From Alphaproteobacteria bacterium (GTDB lineage: Bacteria; Pseudomonadota; Alphaproteobacteria; UBA11073), in contig JABDAM010000002.1 in the NCBI GenBank assembly GCA_013289145.1, positions 7,653 through 71,652 on the forward strand: 64,000 bases of DNA, read 5' to 3'. Shown here piece by piece: positions 9,867-19,509 of the stretch (the stretch's first letter is position 1; the number at the start of each line of letters is the position of its first letter). The translations under genes were made by a program, and so were the position numbers. The notes under the pieces are model-generated. The model ran no database searches. It saw only the letters and a list, made by a program, of their open reading frames with translations, and was not told where the DNA came from.

Positions 9867-10110
9867 GGTTTAACGTAACGGTTTGCGGTTGCGGAAAAAA
9901 TGGAAAAATTAAGCGCAGCACGAACGATAATTTTTGCAACAGCATGCTGCGCCGGTGATCATAATTCGGATGCAAGCGGCGGTAAAGGTTGCTGTTGAAA
10001 CCATGGTATTAAGCCTATCAAATTCGCATGGGATGTCAAAGGGGAAATCGCGCCCGCGTAAAAGCTTGCAAAGCCGGGCGATACGAGGCAAAATTTTATT
10101 TGGGATTCGA

Positions 10111-11409
10111 ATGTTCAATAAACTTTTCCGCTGTTTGATCGTCATAGGGCTTTGGGCCGCCGCAATCTTGGAATGTCCGACGGCCGGCGCGCAAAACAAT
10201 GCCGAAATTCGCGCCGACCGTTATGGCGCCATCGTGGTGGAAGCCAAAACGGGCAAGATTTTAATGGCGGAACATGCGGATAGGTTGTTGCATCCTGCCT
10301 CTCTCACCAAATTGATGACGCTTTATCTGACGTTCGCCGCGATGCGCGCGGGGAAGATTGATGAAGATACGGAATTGAATGTTTCCGCCTATGCCGCCAA
10401 TGCCTCGCCGACCAAGTTGGGTTTGCAGGCCGGGGATACGGTGACGGTGCATAATGCCGTGCTGGGCGTGATTACGCGCTCGGCCAATGATGCGGCGCGC
10501 GTGCTGGCGGAAAATATCGGCGGTAACGAAGACCGTTTCGCCGCCATTATGACCGCCACCGCGCACCGTTTAGGCATGCGCAATACGACGTTCCGAAACG
10601 CTTCGGGCCTGCCCAATCCGGGCCAGATTTCAACGCCCAAGGATATGGCCATTCTGGCGCGCGCGATTATTACGCATTTTCCGGAATATTATCATTTGTT
10701 CTCGACGCAGAATTTTGTCTTTCGCGGCCAGGAAATCACCAATCATAACCATTTGATGGAACGCTACCCCGGTATGGATGGCATGAAAACGGGATACGTC
10801 GCAGCGAGCGGATTTAATCTCGTCGCCAGCGCGGTGCAGAATAACATCCGTTTGATCGGCGTGGTTTACGGCGGCCGCACGGCTTTGCTGCGCGATAATT
10901 ATATGACGGATATGCTCGACCATTCCTTTGCCACAGCAATGAACGATGCGGCTCATGCCTCACCCAAATATGCGGGAACAGTCATGCAACCGACTACGGC
11001 CAATCTGACGCCGCAACCGCCGCCGACGGTGCAATCGTCACAAAATACTCCCGCTGAAGTCACCGCCGCGCAGGCGCCCAACACGGATGGCGGCATCACG
11101 CCGCCCCCCGCCACGGAAACCAAACGCGAAGACACGGTGGCCCAGGATAAAATCCAGATCAGCAAACAATGGGGCGTGCAAATCGGCGCTTTCCGCACGC
11201 GCAGCCAGGCGCAGCGCATGCTGCAACACGTCAAAAGCAGTTATCATAACCTGCGGGACGGCGAGCCTTTGATCGCTACCGTCAAAGTACGCGGCGCGCG
11301 CATGTATCAAGCGCGTCTGACGGGCCTGACGCAGCCCGGCGCGGCAGGCGCTTGCGCCGCACTACAAGCGCGCGGACATGCTTGTGTTACGGTGAAGCCG
11401 ACGGGTTAA
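10111..11409 (+). CDS. D-alanyl-D-alanine carboxypeptidase (S11) with C-terminal SPOR domain
   Basis: Signal-peptide-like start MFNKLFRCLIVIGLWAAAILECPTAGA. SLTKLMT (SxxK), SANDAA (SxN) and KTGY (KTG) motifs are present. The C-terminus WGVQIGAFRTRSQAQRMLQHV...YQARLTGL is SPOR-like. The ORF-track start at 9934 is judged too far upstream. Confidence 0.8.
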   Translation: MFNKLFRCLIVIGLWAAAILECPTAGAQNNAEIRADRYGAIVVEAKTGKILMAEHADRLLHPASLTKLMTLYLTFAAMRAGKIDEDTELNVSAYAANASPTKLGLQAGDTVTVHNAVLGVITRSANDAARVLAENIGGNEDRFAAIMTATAHRLGMRNTTFRNASGLPNPGQISTPKDMAILARAIITHFPEYYHLFSTQNFVFRGQEITNHNHLMERYPGMDGMKTGYVAASGFNLVASAVQNNIRLIGVVYGGRTALLRDNYMTDMLDHSFATAMNDAAHASPKYAGTVMQPTTANLTPQPPPTVQSSQNTPAEVTAAQAPNTDGGITPPPATETKREDTVAQDKIQISKQWGVQIGAFRTRSQAQRMLQHVKSSYHNLRDGEPLIATVKVRGARMYQARLTGLTQPGAAGACAALQARGHACVTVKPTG

Positions 11410-11417
11410 TAATCCAA

Positions 11418-12797
11418 TCAATGCCAGCTCAAAATAAACTCCACCCCGCTGAGGGATAGCTGGTCTTTAAGCAATCCGGTCAGACGTTCAAGACTGGCTT
11501 CGTCGCGGCCTTCCGCGCGGCCAACCAAGGCGGCTTGGGTGTTTGAAGCGCGCAGGAGCCACCAGCCGTCGGGCGTGGTGACGCGTACGCCGTCGACGTC
11601 ATTCACGTTCAATCCGGCGGCTTTCACGCGCGCGGTGATTTCATCCATGATGGCGAATTTGCGCTCTTCGGATACGGTGATGCGCATTTCGGGTGTGTTG
11701 ATTACGCGCGGCAAAGCGTCAAGCAGCGCAGCTAAATCCTGCTGCGTCGATGCGAGGTAATTCAGCAGACGCACCCCGCAATACAAACCATCGTCAAAAC
11801 CGTAATAACCATCGGCGAAAAACATATGGCCGGACATTTCGCCCGCGATCGGCGCGCCGGTTTCTTTCATCTTGGCTTTGATCAGCGAATGACCCGTGCG
11901 CCACATGAGCGGCTGGCCGCCCAGGCGCGTGACTTCGTCAAACAAAACTTGGCTGGCCTTGACGTCCGCGATGATCGTCGCGCCGGGATGACGCGCCAAA
12001 ACATCGCGCGATAAAATCGCCAGCAATTGATCGCCCCAAACGATGCGCCCGCGCCGATCGATCACACCAATGCGGTCGCCATCGCCGTCAAATGCGATAC
12101 CGAGATCAGCTTTTTTCTCAGCCACCACACGCTGTAAATCTTTCAGATTTTCCGGCACCGTCGGATCGGGATGGTGGTTTGGGAATTGGCCGTCCACGTC
12201 AGCGAATAATAACGTATGCTCACCCGGCAGGCGGTCTGTGATGTTTTTCAGCACCGCGCCCGCCGCGCCGTTGCCCGCGTCCCAGACGACTTTCAAACTG
12301 TTTTTGCTTTTGTAATCGGCGGCCAGACGCGCGGCGTAATCGTTTTTGATGTTATGCACGGTCAGCGTGCCTTTGCCCTCAATCACTTCCCCCACCGCAG
12401 CAGAGCGGCCGAGGGCGAGAATATCTTCACCGTAAAACGGCTTATCCATCATCACCATTTTAAAACCGTTATGCGTCGGCGGATTGTGCGAACCTGTTAC
12501 CATCACGCCTGCATCAAGACCCAAATGTTTCACCGCAAAATAAAGCATCGGCGTGGGGCCGAGGCCGATTTGATGCACATCCGCGCCGCTTTCCATCAAG
12601 CCGCGCACCAGTGCGGCTTCGAGTTCCGGCGAAGACACGCGCCCATCGCGCCCAATGGCGACGGATTTTCCGCCCGCTTTGTGCAGCGTTGTGGCAAAAA
12701 CGCGGCCCAGAATATACGCGTCATGCGGCGTTAAGGTTTCATTGAAAATCCCGCGAATATCATAAGCGCGGAGGATGGAGGCGTGAAATTGATGCAT
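11418..12797 (-). CDS. Phosphoglucomutase/phosphomannomutase
   Basis: Active-site loop TGSHNPPTHNGFK, metal site FDGDGDR, sugar-binding GEMSGH. Confidence 0.9.
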   Translation of the reverse strand: MHQFHASILRAYDIRGIFNETLTPHDAYILGRVFATTLHKAGGKSVAIGRDGRVSSPELEAALVRGLMESGADVHQIGLGPTPMLYFAVKHLGLDAGVMVTGSHNPPTHNGFKMVMMDKPFYGEDILALGRSAAVGEVIEGKGTLTVHNIKNDYAARLAADYKSKNSLKVVWDAGNGAAGAVLKNITDRLPGEHTLLFADVDGQFPNHHPDPTVPENLKDLQRVVAEKKADLGIAFDGDGDRIGVIDRRGRIVWGDQLLAILSRDVLARHPGATIIADVKASQVLFDEVTRLGGQPLMWRTGHSLIKAKMKETGAPIAGEMSGHMFFADGYYGFDDGLYCGVRLLNYLASTQQDLAALLDALPRVINTPEMRITVSEERKFAIMDEITARVKAAGLNVNDVDGVRVTTPDGWWLLRASNTQAALVGRAEGRDEASLERLTGLLKDQLSLSGVEFILSWH

Positions 12798-12800
12798 GGT

Positions 12801-13676
12801 TTAACCTAAGAGTTTTTTTAATTCGCTGCGCAGATTTGTGCCCAGATCGGAACGTTCCAGACCAAAAGCGACATTGGCCATCAGGAAGCCGAGTTTATCA
12901 CCGCAATCATAACGCGTACCCTGGTAACGGTAACCGTGAAAATCCTGCCCCGCCGCGATCATTTTTTGCAAGGCGTCGGTGAGCTGGATCTCGCCGCCCG
13001 CGCCGACGACTTTTTGTTCCAGGAAATCCAGCACCTGCGGCTGGACGATGTAACGGCCGATGATGGAAAGTGTGGAAGGCGCCTTATCCGGCGCGGGTTT
13101 TTCCACGACGCCTTTCATTTTCGCCAGGCGGCCATCATCGTTTGCCACATCCAGAATACCGTAACGGTTGGTATGTTCACGCGGAACTTCGGTCACCGCC
13201 ACAACGTTGCCGCCGATTTCGTTGTAAACTTCCATCATTTGCTTCAGGCAGGGCACGCCGTTCAGCACGACATCGTCCGGCAGCAAAATCGCAAAGGGTT
13301 CGTCGCCGATCACATGGCGCGCGCACCAGATGGCGTGGCCGAGGCCGAGCGGCTGATGCTGGCGCGTGAAATATAAATGGCCGGAAGGAATATCAGCGGC
13401 CTGCACAGCGGCCAGCGATTCCTTTTTGCCCTTTTCTTCCAGCGTATCATACAATTCCGGATGCTGATCGAAATGATCCTCTAGAACATCCTTGCCGCGC
13501 GAGGTGACGAAAACGAATTCCTCAATCCCTGCCGCGCGCGCTTCCTCCACCGCATATTGAATAAGGGGTTTATCCACCAGCGGCAGCATTTCCTTTGGCA
13601 TGGTCTTAGTCTGGGGCAAAAAGCGCGTGCCCAGCCCGGCGACGGGAAAAACGGCTTTACGAACAGGTTTTTTCAT
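12801..13676 (-). CDS. galU: UTP-glucose-1-phosphate uridylyltransferase
   Basis: KAVFPVAGLGTRFLPQTKTMPKEMLPLVDKPLIQY is the canonical GalU N-terminus. It lies 3 nt downstream of pgm/pmm. Confidence 0.9.
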   Translation of the reverse strand: MKKPVRKAVFPVAGLGTRFLPQTKTMPKEMLPLVDKPLIQYAVEEARAAGIEEFVFVTSRGKDVLEDHFDQHPELYDTLEEKGKKESLAAVQAADIPSGHLYFTRQHQPLGLGHAIWCARHVIGDEPFAILLPDDVVLNGVPCLKQMMEVYNEIGGNVVAVTEVPREHTNRYGILDVANDDGRLAKMKGVVEKPAPDKAPSTLSIIGRYIVQPQVLDFLEQKVVGAGGEIQLTDALQKMIAAGQDFHGYRYQGTRYDCGDKLGFLMANVAFGLERSDLGTNLRSELKKLLG

Positions 13677-13707
13677 GCCCGCTTTGTGTCACATCACGCG
13701 GGTGCGC

Positions 13708-14436
13708 TCAAGATGGCAGGAGCAAATCCTTCGCCATATTCACCTTTGCCGCCAGGTAATCCGAGCCGCCCATGTCGGGGTGGAGGCGGCCCATGAGGCG
13801 GCGGTAGGCGGTTTTGATATCCTCTTCCGACGCGCCCTCCTTTAATCCCAGGATTTGCAAGGCTTCCTCGCGCGCCATCTGTTCTTTGGATTTGATGAAT
13901 TTCGCGCGGTAGCGGGCGCGCCAATCGTCGAGCTGGGTGTGATCCAGATAGGTCATTAAAATATCGGCGGAGCGTTTATCCGTGCGGCGAAACTCCGCCA
14001 AAAGGTCGAGCAAATCTTCGCTGGCGAGTTGTTCCAAATGCCGCCCGGTAAAAGTGCCGCCGCGCACCTCGCCGTTCATGGCGCGGGTGTTGGCGTTGAC
14101 GCGCAAAATGATATAGGCGGTTTCCAGTTTATTCGTGGCCGCCGTGACGCTTTGCTGTTGCGCACGGCGTTGCGCCAGGTCGGTATTCTGCGCGAGGCGC
14201 ATCAGCATCGGCAGCGTCAAGACGCCGAGGCCAAAGGCCGCGGGCGGTTCATGAATAAAAAAGACCAGGTAGTATTGCGCCGCAAGCAATATCACCCAGG
14301 CCAGACCGCGCAGCAGTAATTGCCCTTGATAATGGCGGCGCCACGGAATGCCCTTTACGATCAAATAACCCGACACCGCCTGGATCAGCAGCAGCGGCAA
14401 AAGCATATCCCAATGTTGCGCCAGAATCGCGGACAT
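13708..14436 (-). CDS. Membrane-anchored J-domain protein (DjlA/Tim14-Pam18-like)
   Basis: Hydrophobic N-terminal segments. C-terminal J domain REEALQILGLKEGASEEDIKTAYRRLMGRLHPDMGGSDYLAAKVNMAKDLL carries the HPD motif. Confidence 0.7.
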   Translation of the reverse strand: MSAILAQHWDMLLPLLLIQAVSGYLIVKGIPWRRHYQGQLLLRGLAWVILLAAQYYLVFFIHEPPAAFGLGVLTLPMLMRLAQNTDLAQRRAQQQSVTAATNKLETAYIILRVNANTRAMNGEVRGGTFTGRHLEQLASEDLLDLLAEFRRTDKRSADILMTYLDHTQLDDWRARYRAKFIKSKEQMAREEALQILGLKEGASEEDIKTAYRRLMGRLHPDMGGSDYLAAKVNMAKDLLLPS

Positions 14437-14496
14437 TGCTATTTATCGCGCGGCGCGGCGCGCCTGTCACCCAAAAAGCCGGACAAAACCGCAAAC

Positions 14497-15303
14497 TTAG
14501 GTCCTGATGTTAACCGACGGGGCTGCGAATTTGTTCAAACTGTCGTTTGTATCCGCCAGGGCTTTTTCCGCGCGTTGAATATCCGGGTTAAAGCCGCTGT
14601 GTGTTTTCTGTTCAAGTTTGTGCTTGGCCATCTGGATGATGGATTTTAGCTCATCCTTCAAACGCCTTGCTTCATCGGCAAAGGTTTTATCTTGATCGGC
14701 GCTATTTTGATTATTCGCTGCCGTGGCTGTGGTGCGATAAGATGAAGTTTGATTACTAGCAACTGCCTGTGCCGCCGCTGGGTTTGCCGGATCAGAGGCT
14801 GCATTTTGCGTATTGGCGTTTGGAGCCGTCGCCGTGACCGCGGCGGCATTATTCGCGCTGGAAACCGCTGCCGGGGCTGGGGATGCGCCGCCAGCCGTTG
14901 CGGCATCCGGAGCGGCGGACCCGCCGGAACTGTCGCCGCTGGCGGCGGCATATTCTTTTACGGCATCGGCCAGTTCTTTTGCCAGGCGGGCGGCTTCACG
15001 CGCGGTGGCCTTGGGGTTCAGGCCGCCCATCATGTGCAGGGCCTGAATTTCAGCTTTTAATCTGGCGATTTTTTGCTGGGCGGCGGCCTTGTTTTGCTGG
15101 CTCAGGGTCGTTTTGGAAGACTTCAGCTGGTTTAAAATCTGGCTGAGTTTATCCTGTTCGGCGTAAAAGGCCTTGACCTTATCCGGGTCGCCTTTGTTGA
15201 TTTCAGCCGTCAGCTGATCCGCCGAAATAGGCGAATTTTTTACCGCTTTCGACGCGGGCGCCGCGGTGCTTTGAAAAGAGCTGTTATTTACGACATTCAT
15301 CAA
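14497..15303 (-). CDS. Hypothetical Ala/Asn/Gln-rich low-complexity protein with coiled-coil-like ends
   Basis: 268-aa ORF. N- and C-terminal heptad-like segments (QQKIARLKAEIQALH; RRLKDELKSIIQMAKHKLEQK) flank a long A/S/N/P/T-rich centre. I recognise no family. Confidence 0.5.
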   Translation of the reverse strand: MMNVVNNSSFQSTAAPASKAVKNSPISADQLTAEINKGDPDKVKAFYAEQDKLSQILNQLKSSKTTLSQQNKAAAQQKIARLKAEIQALHMMGGLNPKATAREAARLAKELADAVKEYAAASGDSSGGSAAPDAATAGGASPAPAAVSSANNAAAVTATAPNANTQNAASDPANPAAAQAVASNQTSSYRTTATAANNQNSADQDKTFADEARRLKDELKSIIQMAKHKLEQKTHSGFNPDIQRAEKALADTNDSLNKFAAPSVNIRT

Positions 15304-15368
15304 AAGTTCCCAAGTATCCAGAAATTATAACACAAATATATGGGCGAATGATGACAACTTTGTAAAAT

Positions 15369-16256
15369 CTACGCGGCCGTTTGCTTGCCTGGCGGGCCCA
15401 TATCATTCGCAATCGCGGGGGCCATGCGCTGCATTATTGGTGTGACGTTCAGCGCGTCCATCAATTGCCGCACTTCCTGGCGGGCGGCGATGTGGGACAT
15501 GGAAACAGGGATATCGCCGGAATCTTCAAAGGTATCGATCATGGTCAGACCCTGGAGGAACAATTCGCGGTAAACCACGCGTTCCGCGAAACCGCCCGCG
15601 ATGCGGAAACCGATTTTTTCCGCCAGGGCGAAAAGCGCCTCTTCCATATCCTTTTTATTGCGCGATTGCAACGGCGAAAGGCGGTTGCGCAGCACGATCC
15701 AATCAATCGTCCCGCCATCGCGCAGTTCCCGCCGGCGGCGCTGTTCGTTGACCATATCGGCGTAAATCGACGAGCGAATGACGCGCCGCGTTTCGGGATC
15801 CATTGAACCCAGCAAAACAAAATCCACGAAACTGTCATTCATCGGCGTGATCAGCGTATCGGCATAGCTATGCGCTTCACGCGATAAAAAATTGTCCGTG
15901 CCGGGCGTATCCATGACGATAAAATCATGATCGAAACGCAATCGGCCGATGAGTTCGCCCAAACGCCAAGCCTCATCCGCATTGGCTTCGGATTGGCTGT
16001 CGAATTTGGATTTTGCGATGCTGTGATGTTCCGGTTGCGGCAATTCGTGGCCGGTTTTCATCACGCGTTTATTGCGGTGATAAAAATAGCGCGTGAGCGT
16101 GCCCTGGCGGCTGTCCAGATCGATCGTGGCGACACGAAAGCCAAGACGCAATAACCCGACCGCAATATGCATCGCCACCGTGGATTTGCCCGAGCCGCCC
16201 TTTTCATTACCCAGGGTAATGATATGCGCGGGTTTAGGCAGAGCGAAAGGCGACAT
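15369..16256 (-). CDS. mipZ: Division-plane positioning ParA-like ATPase MipZ
   Basis: ITLGNEKGGSGKSTVAMHIAVGLL...IDLDSRQGTL, PMNDSFVDF, WIVLRNRL and YRELF follow Caulobacter MipZ almost motif by motif. Confidence 0.8.
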   Translation of the reverse strand: MSPFALPKPAHIITLGNEKGGSGKSTVAMHIAVGLLRLGFRVATIDLDSRQGTLTRYFYHRNKRVMKTGHELPQPEHHSIAKSKFDSQSEANADEAWRLGELIGRLRFDHDFIVMDTPGTDNFLSREAHSYADTLITPMNDSFVDFVLLGSMDPETRRVIRSSIYADMVNEQRRRRELRDGGTIDWIVLRNRLSPLQSRNKKDMEEALFALAEKIGFRIAGGFAERVVYRELFLQGLTMIDTFEDSGDIPVSMSHIAARQEVRQLMDALNVTPIMQRMAPAIANDMGPPGKQTAA

Positions 16257-16351
16257 ATGATTCTTTTAGCACGCGCATGACGTGCGGCAAAATAAAAAAG
16301 CTAAACATTCTTTCACTTGCTCTTGTTTCAATTCATCCCTAGGGTTTTCCG

Positions 16352-16984
16352 ATGTCAGACGGCATCGAAAATTCCGACACGCGCCGCACCAGCACACTGC
16401 TGCGTGAGTTAATTTTGGATAATCCCGCGGATCACATTACGCTGGGCGAAGTTCTAACGCATCTGGGCGATCGCGCGTTTGGTTTTATGATTTTTCTATT
16501 GGCCTTCCCCAATTGCCTGCCCGTGCCGCCGGGATTTTCCACCTTTACCGGCGCGCTGATTTTACCTCTGGCTTTTCAATTTTTGCTGGGTGAAACCCTG
16601 CCCCGCCTGCCTCGCGGCGTGCGCGAGAAAAAACTCAGCCGCGCGCTTCTGGCCAAAGCGGTGAAAATCATTATGCGCCCGCTGATCTGGTTTGAACGCC
16701 TGTTCCAGCCGCGCTGGCTGTTTTTGACGCAAGGCACGGGCGAAAAAATCATCGGCGTTTTGATGATTACCCTTGCATTCGTCATGCTCGTACCCTTGCC
16801 GCCGCCGCTGCATTTTTTGCCGGGCGCCAGCCTTGCCTTGCTCGCTCTCGGCACGATGGAACGTGACGGCGCGATTATCACGGCGGGGATTCTGGTTTGG
16901 CTCGGCGCTTTCAGTTCGTTAATTCTGGTCGGTGAAGTCATAACGAAATTTGTTCTTCACCTCATCCACCACGTAACGCCGTAA
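16352..16984 (+). CDS. exoD: ExoD family exopolysaccharide synthesis membrane protein
   Basis: 210 aa. LGDRAFGFMIFLLAFPNCLPVPPGFSTFTGALILPLAFQ is the ExoD family signature region. Confidence 0.7.
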   Translation: MSDGIENSDTRRTSTLLRELILDNPADHITLGEVLTHLGDRAFGFMIFLLAFPNCLPVPPGFSTFTGALILPLAFQFLLGETLPRLPRGVREKKLSRALLAKAVKIIMRPLIWFERLFQPRWLFLTQGTGEKIIGVLMITLAFVMLVPLPPPLHFLPGASLALLALGTMERDGAIITAGILVWLGAFSSLILVGEVITKFVLHLIHHVTP

Positions 16985-18753
16985 TGACAAATGCCGCGCC
17001 CATGCCGGAGCTGCGCGGCAATCCCTATTTATTCATGATCAGCCAGGCCTGGCGGTTCGGCGCTGGGCAACGCAGGCGCATGATCACATTTTATTGCCTG
17101 TGCTTTTGCGCCAATATGGCGATTATCGCGCAGCCTTGGATTTTCGGACAAACCTTGAACGTCCTGCAATCCGGCGGCGCGGATTTGTTCCAGCGCGTCT
17201 GGCCATGGTTTTTATTTTACGGCAGCATGATGGTGGTCTTCTGGACGTTTCACGGCCCTGGCCGCGTGATTGAACGCAATTTCGCCTTTTATGTCAAAAG
17301 GCAATTTTTCGACCAGCATTACCGCGCAGTGACGGAACTGCCCATGTCGTGGCACAGCGACCATCATTCCGGCGAAATCATCAACCGCATTCAAAAGGCC
17401 GGCATGGGCCTGTATAATTTCACGCAAACACAGTTTATGTATCTGGAAACTATCGTGCGGTTTTGCGGCGCGATTATTATGCTGTCGCTGGTATCCCCCA
17501 CGGTGGCGGCGCTGGCGATTTCGGGCGCGATTTTAGTCATGACCCTTATCCGCGGATTCGACAAAAAATTGATTATGCTGATCCGCGGCGAGAACCAGGC
17601 GGATCATTTTTTCGCTTCGGGACTGTTTGATTTTATTAGCAATATCAATACATTGATCACGCTGCGCCTTGCGCCGCTGACACAGCATGAACTGTCGCGA
17701 CGCCTGCTAGGTATTTTTGTGCCGCTGAAGGAATCCATCAAACTGAATGAACTGAAATGGTTCAGTTTTATGATCATGGTGGTGACGCTGGAAGCCACCA
17801 TTATGCTGACTTTCATCCACCATCAGATCGCCATCCGCAATGCCGTGATGGTGGGCACCTTGGTGACGGTCTTTCAATATTTCCGCCAGATCAACGACGT
17901 TTTCGTGCGTTTCGCGATTTATTATCAGGAACTGATCCGCGCGCGCGTGGATTTGCATACCGTCGCGCCGATTACCGAAGCTGCTGAGGCCTTGCAAAAA
18001 AATCACGCGCCGCCGATACCACCCGCGTGGCAACGCATTGAACTGCGCGAACTGCATTTTAGTTATGACGAAGGCGAGCGTAAAACCTTGGCCGACGTAA
18101 ATGTAACGCTGCCGCGCGGCGCGCGTATTGCGCTGGTGGGTGAAAGCGGCGCGGGGAAATCATCTTTGCTGTCGGTTCTGCGCGGCATTTATCCGGCGGA
18201 CGCGCAAGTCACGGTGGACGACGCGGCGGGCGACATCACCATGCTGGCTGATTGTGCAACGCTGATCCCCCAGGATGCCGAAATTTTCGAAAGCACCATC
18301 GCGCAGAACATCACCATGGGCGTGGGCGATCAGGAAACCCGCATGCTGCGCGCGGCGGAGATCGCGGAATTCGCGCCGGTCGCGGCGATGCTGCCGGTCG
18401 GTTTCGACACCGATATCCGCGAAAAAGGCGTGAACCTGTCCGGCGGGCAGAAACAGCGCCTGGCCCTCACGCGCGGATTATTCAGCGCCGCCGATAGTTC
18501 GATTTTACTGCTGGATGAGCCGACGTCGTCCGTCGATGCCGCGACGGAATTGAAAATTTTTACGAATTTATTCGCCGCCTATCCACAAACGACCATCGTC
18601 GCCTCGCTCCACCGCCTGCATTTGCTGCCGCGTTTTGATTACATTTATGTGCTGGACGCCGGCCGCGTGGTGGAAGAAGGCGCCTTTGCAACCCTCATTG
18701 CCCGCGGCGGCACGTTGAAAAAATTGTGGGATAAATACGAGCAGACGGCTTGA
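16984..18753 (+). CDS. ABC exporter, fused permease/ATPase (MsbA-like type)
   Basis: N-terminal 6-TM-like half. Walker A GESGAGKSS, signature LSGGQKQR, Walker B ILLLDEPTS. The start overlaps the exoD stop (TAATG). Confidence 0.9.
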   Translation: MTNAAPMPELRGNPYLFMISQAWRFGAGQRRRMITFYCLCFCANMAIIAQPWIFGQTLNVLQSGGADLFQRVWPWFLFYGSMMVVFWTFHGPGRVIERNFAFYVKRQFFDQHYRAVTELPMSWHSDHHSGEIINRIQKAGMGLYNFTQTQFMYLETIVRFCGAIIMLSLVSPTVAALAISGAILVMTLIRGFDKKLIMLIRGENQADHFFASGLFDFISNINTLITLRLAPLTQHELSRRLLGIFVPLKESIKLNELKWFSFMIMVVTLEATIMLTFIHHQIAIRNAVMVGTLVTVFQYFRQINDVFVRFAIYYQELIRARVDLHTVAPITEAAEALQKNHAPPIPPAWQRIELRELHFSYDEGERKTLADVNVTLPRGARIALVGESGAGKSSLLSVLRGIYPADAQVTVDDAAGDITMLADCATLIPQDAEIFESTIAQNITMGVGDQETRMLRAAEIAEFAPVAAMLPVGFDTDIREKGVNLSGGQKQRLALTRGLFSAADSSILLLDEPTSSVDAATELKIFTNLFAAYPQTTIVASLHRLHLLPRFDYIYVLDAGRVVEEGAFATLIARGGTLKKLWDKYEQTA

Positions 18754-18804
18754 TTGCTTATCTCCGTGCGGCTAAAAACAAGCGCATAACCTACGGAGTT
18801 TCCC

Positions 18805-19509
18805 ATGTCCTTTGCCGCTGAACTGAAAACCGCCCTTCAACCTCGCCACCTGTTGAACCACCCATTTTACCAGGCCTGGAATGAAGGCAAATTGTCGCGC
18901 GAAACCATCCGGGATTATGCCGAACAATACGCGCATCACGTCGATGCTTTCCCGCGTTACATTTCCGCGACGCACAGCATTTGCATGGATGCCGATGCGC
19001 GCCAACTGTTGCTGGAAAATCTGTGCGAAGAAGAAGGCATATATGGCGAGGAGCGCCGCGATAATCACCCCACCCTGTGGCGCAAATTCGCCAAGGGCAT
19101 GGGCGCGACGGATGAAACCATTGATAATGCCGTGCTGGCGGACTGCACGAAAAACCTGATTGAAACCCTGATGGAAAATGCGCGTTCTTCTTATGCCGAG
19201 GGCCTGTGCAGCCTTTACACCTATGAACAGCAAGTGCCGGAGATTGCGGAAACGAAAATCAAAGGCTTGAAACAGTTTTATGACGGCGACCAGAAAGACA
19301 CGTTGAAATTTTTCCAAGTGCATTTGGAAGCCGACATCATCCACCGCGCGCAATGCGAAAAACTGATCGACGCTCTGCCCGCTGAAACGCACAAGGAAGC
19401 CAAAGCCGCCGCGATGAGCGCCGCCGACGCCCTGTGGGATTTCCTGACCGGCATGATGAAACGCGCCCAGGCGCGGGGTGAAATTACGGATATGGCCTGC
19501 GCGGCTTAG
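18805..19509 (+). CDS. CADD / PqqC-TenA-like haem-oxygenase-fold di-iron protein
   Basis: LLNHPFYQAWNEGKLSRETIRDYAEQYAHHVDAFPRYIS and FFQVHLEADIIH resemble Chlamydia CADD (CT610) family proteins. Confidence 0.7.
   Translation: MSFAAELKTALQPRHLLNHPFYQAWNEGKLSRETIRDYAEQYAHHVDAFPRYISATHSICMDADARQLLLENLCEEEGIYGEERRDNHPTLWRKFAKGMGATDETIDNAVLADCTKNLIETLMENARSSYAEGLCSLYTYEQQVPEIAETKIKGLKQFYDGDQKDTLKFFQVHLEADIIHRAQCEKLIDALPAETHKEAKAAAMSAADALWDFLTGMMKRAQARGEITDMACAA

Noticed and set aside
9934-10110. Upstream extension of the carboxypeptidase ORF
   Set aside because: A signal-peptide-like N-terminus begins at the Met at 10111. The preceding 59 codons have no secretion signal and overlap the divergent promoter region.
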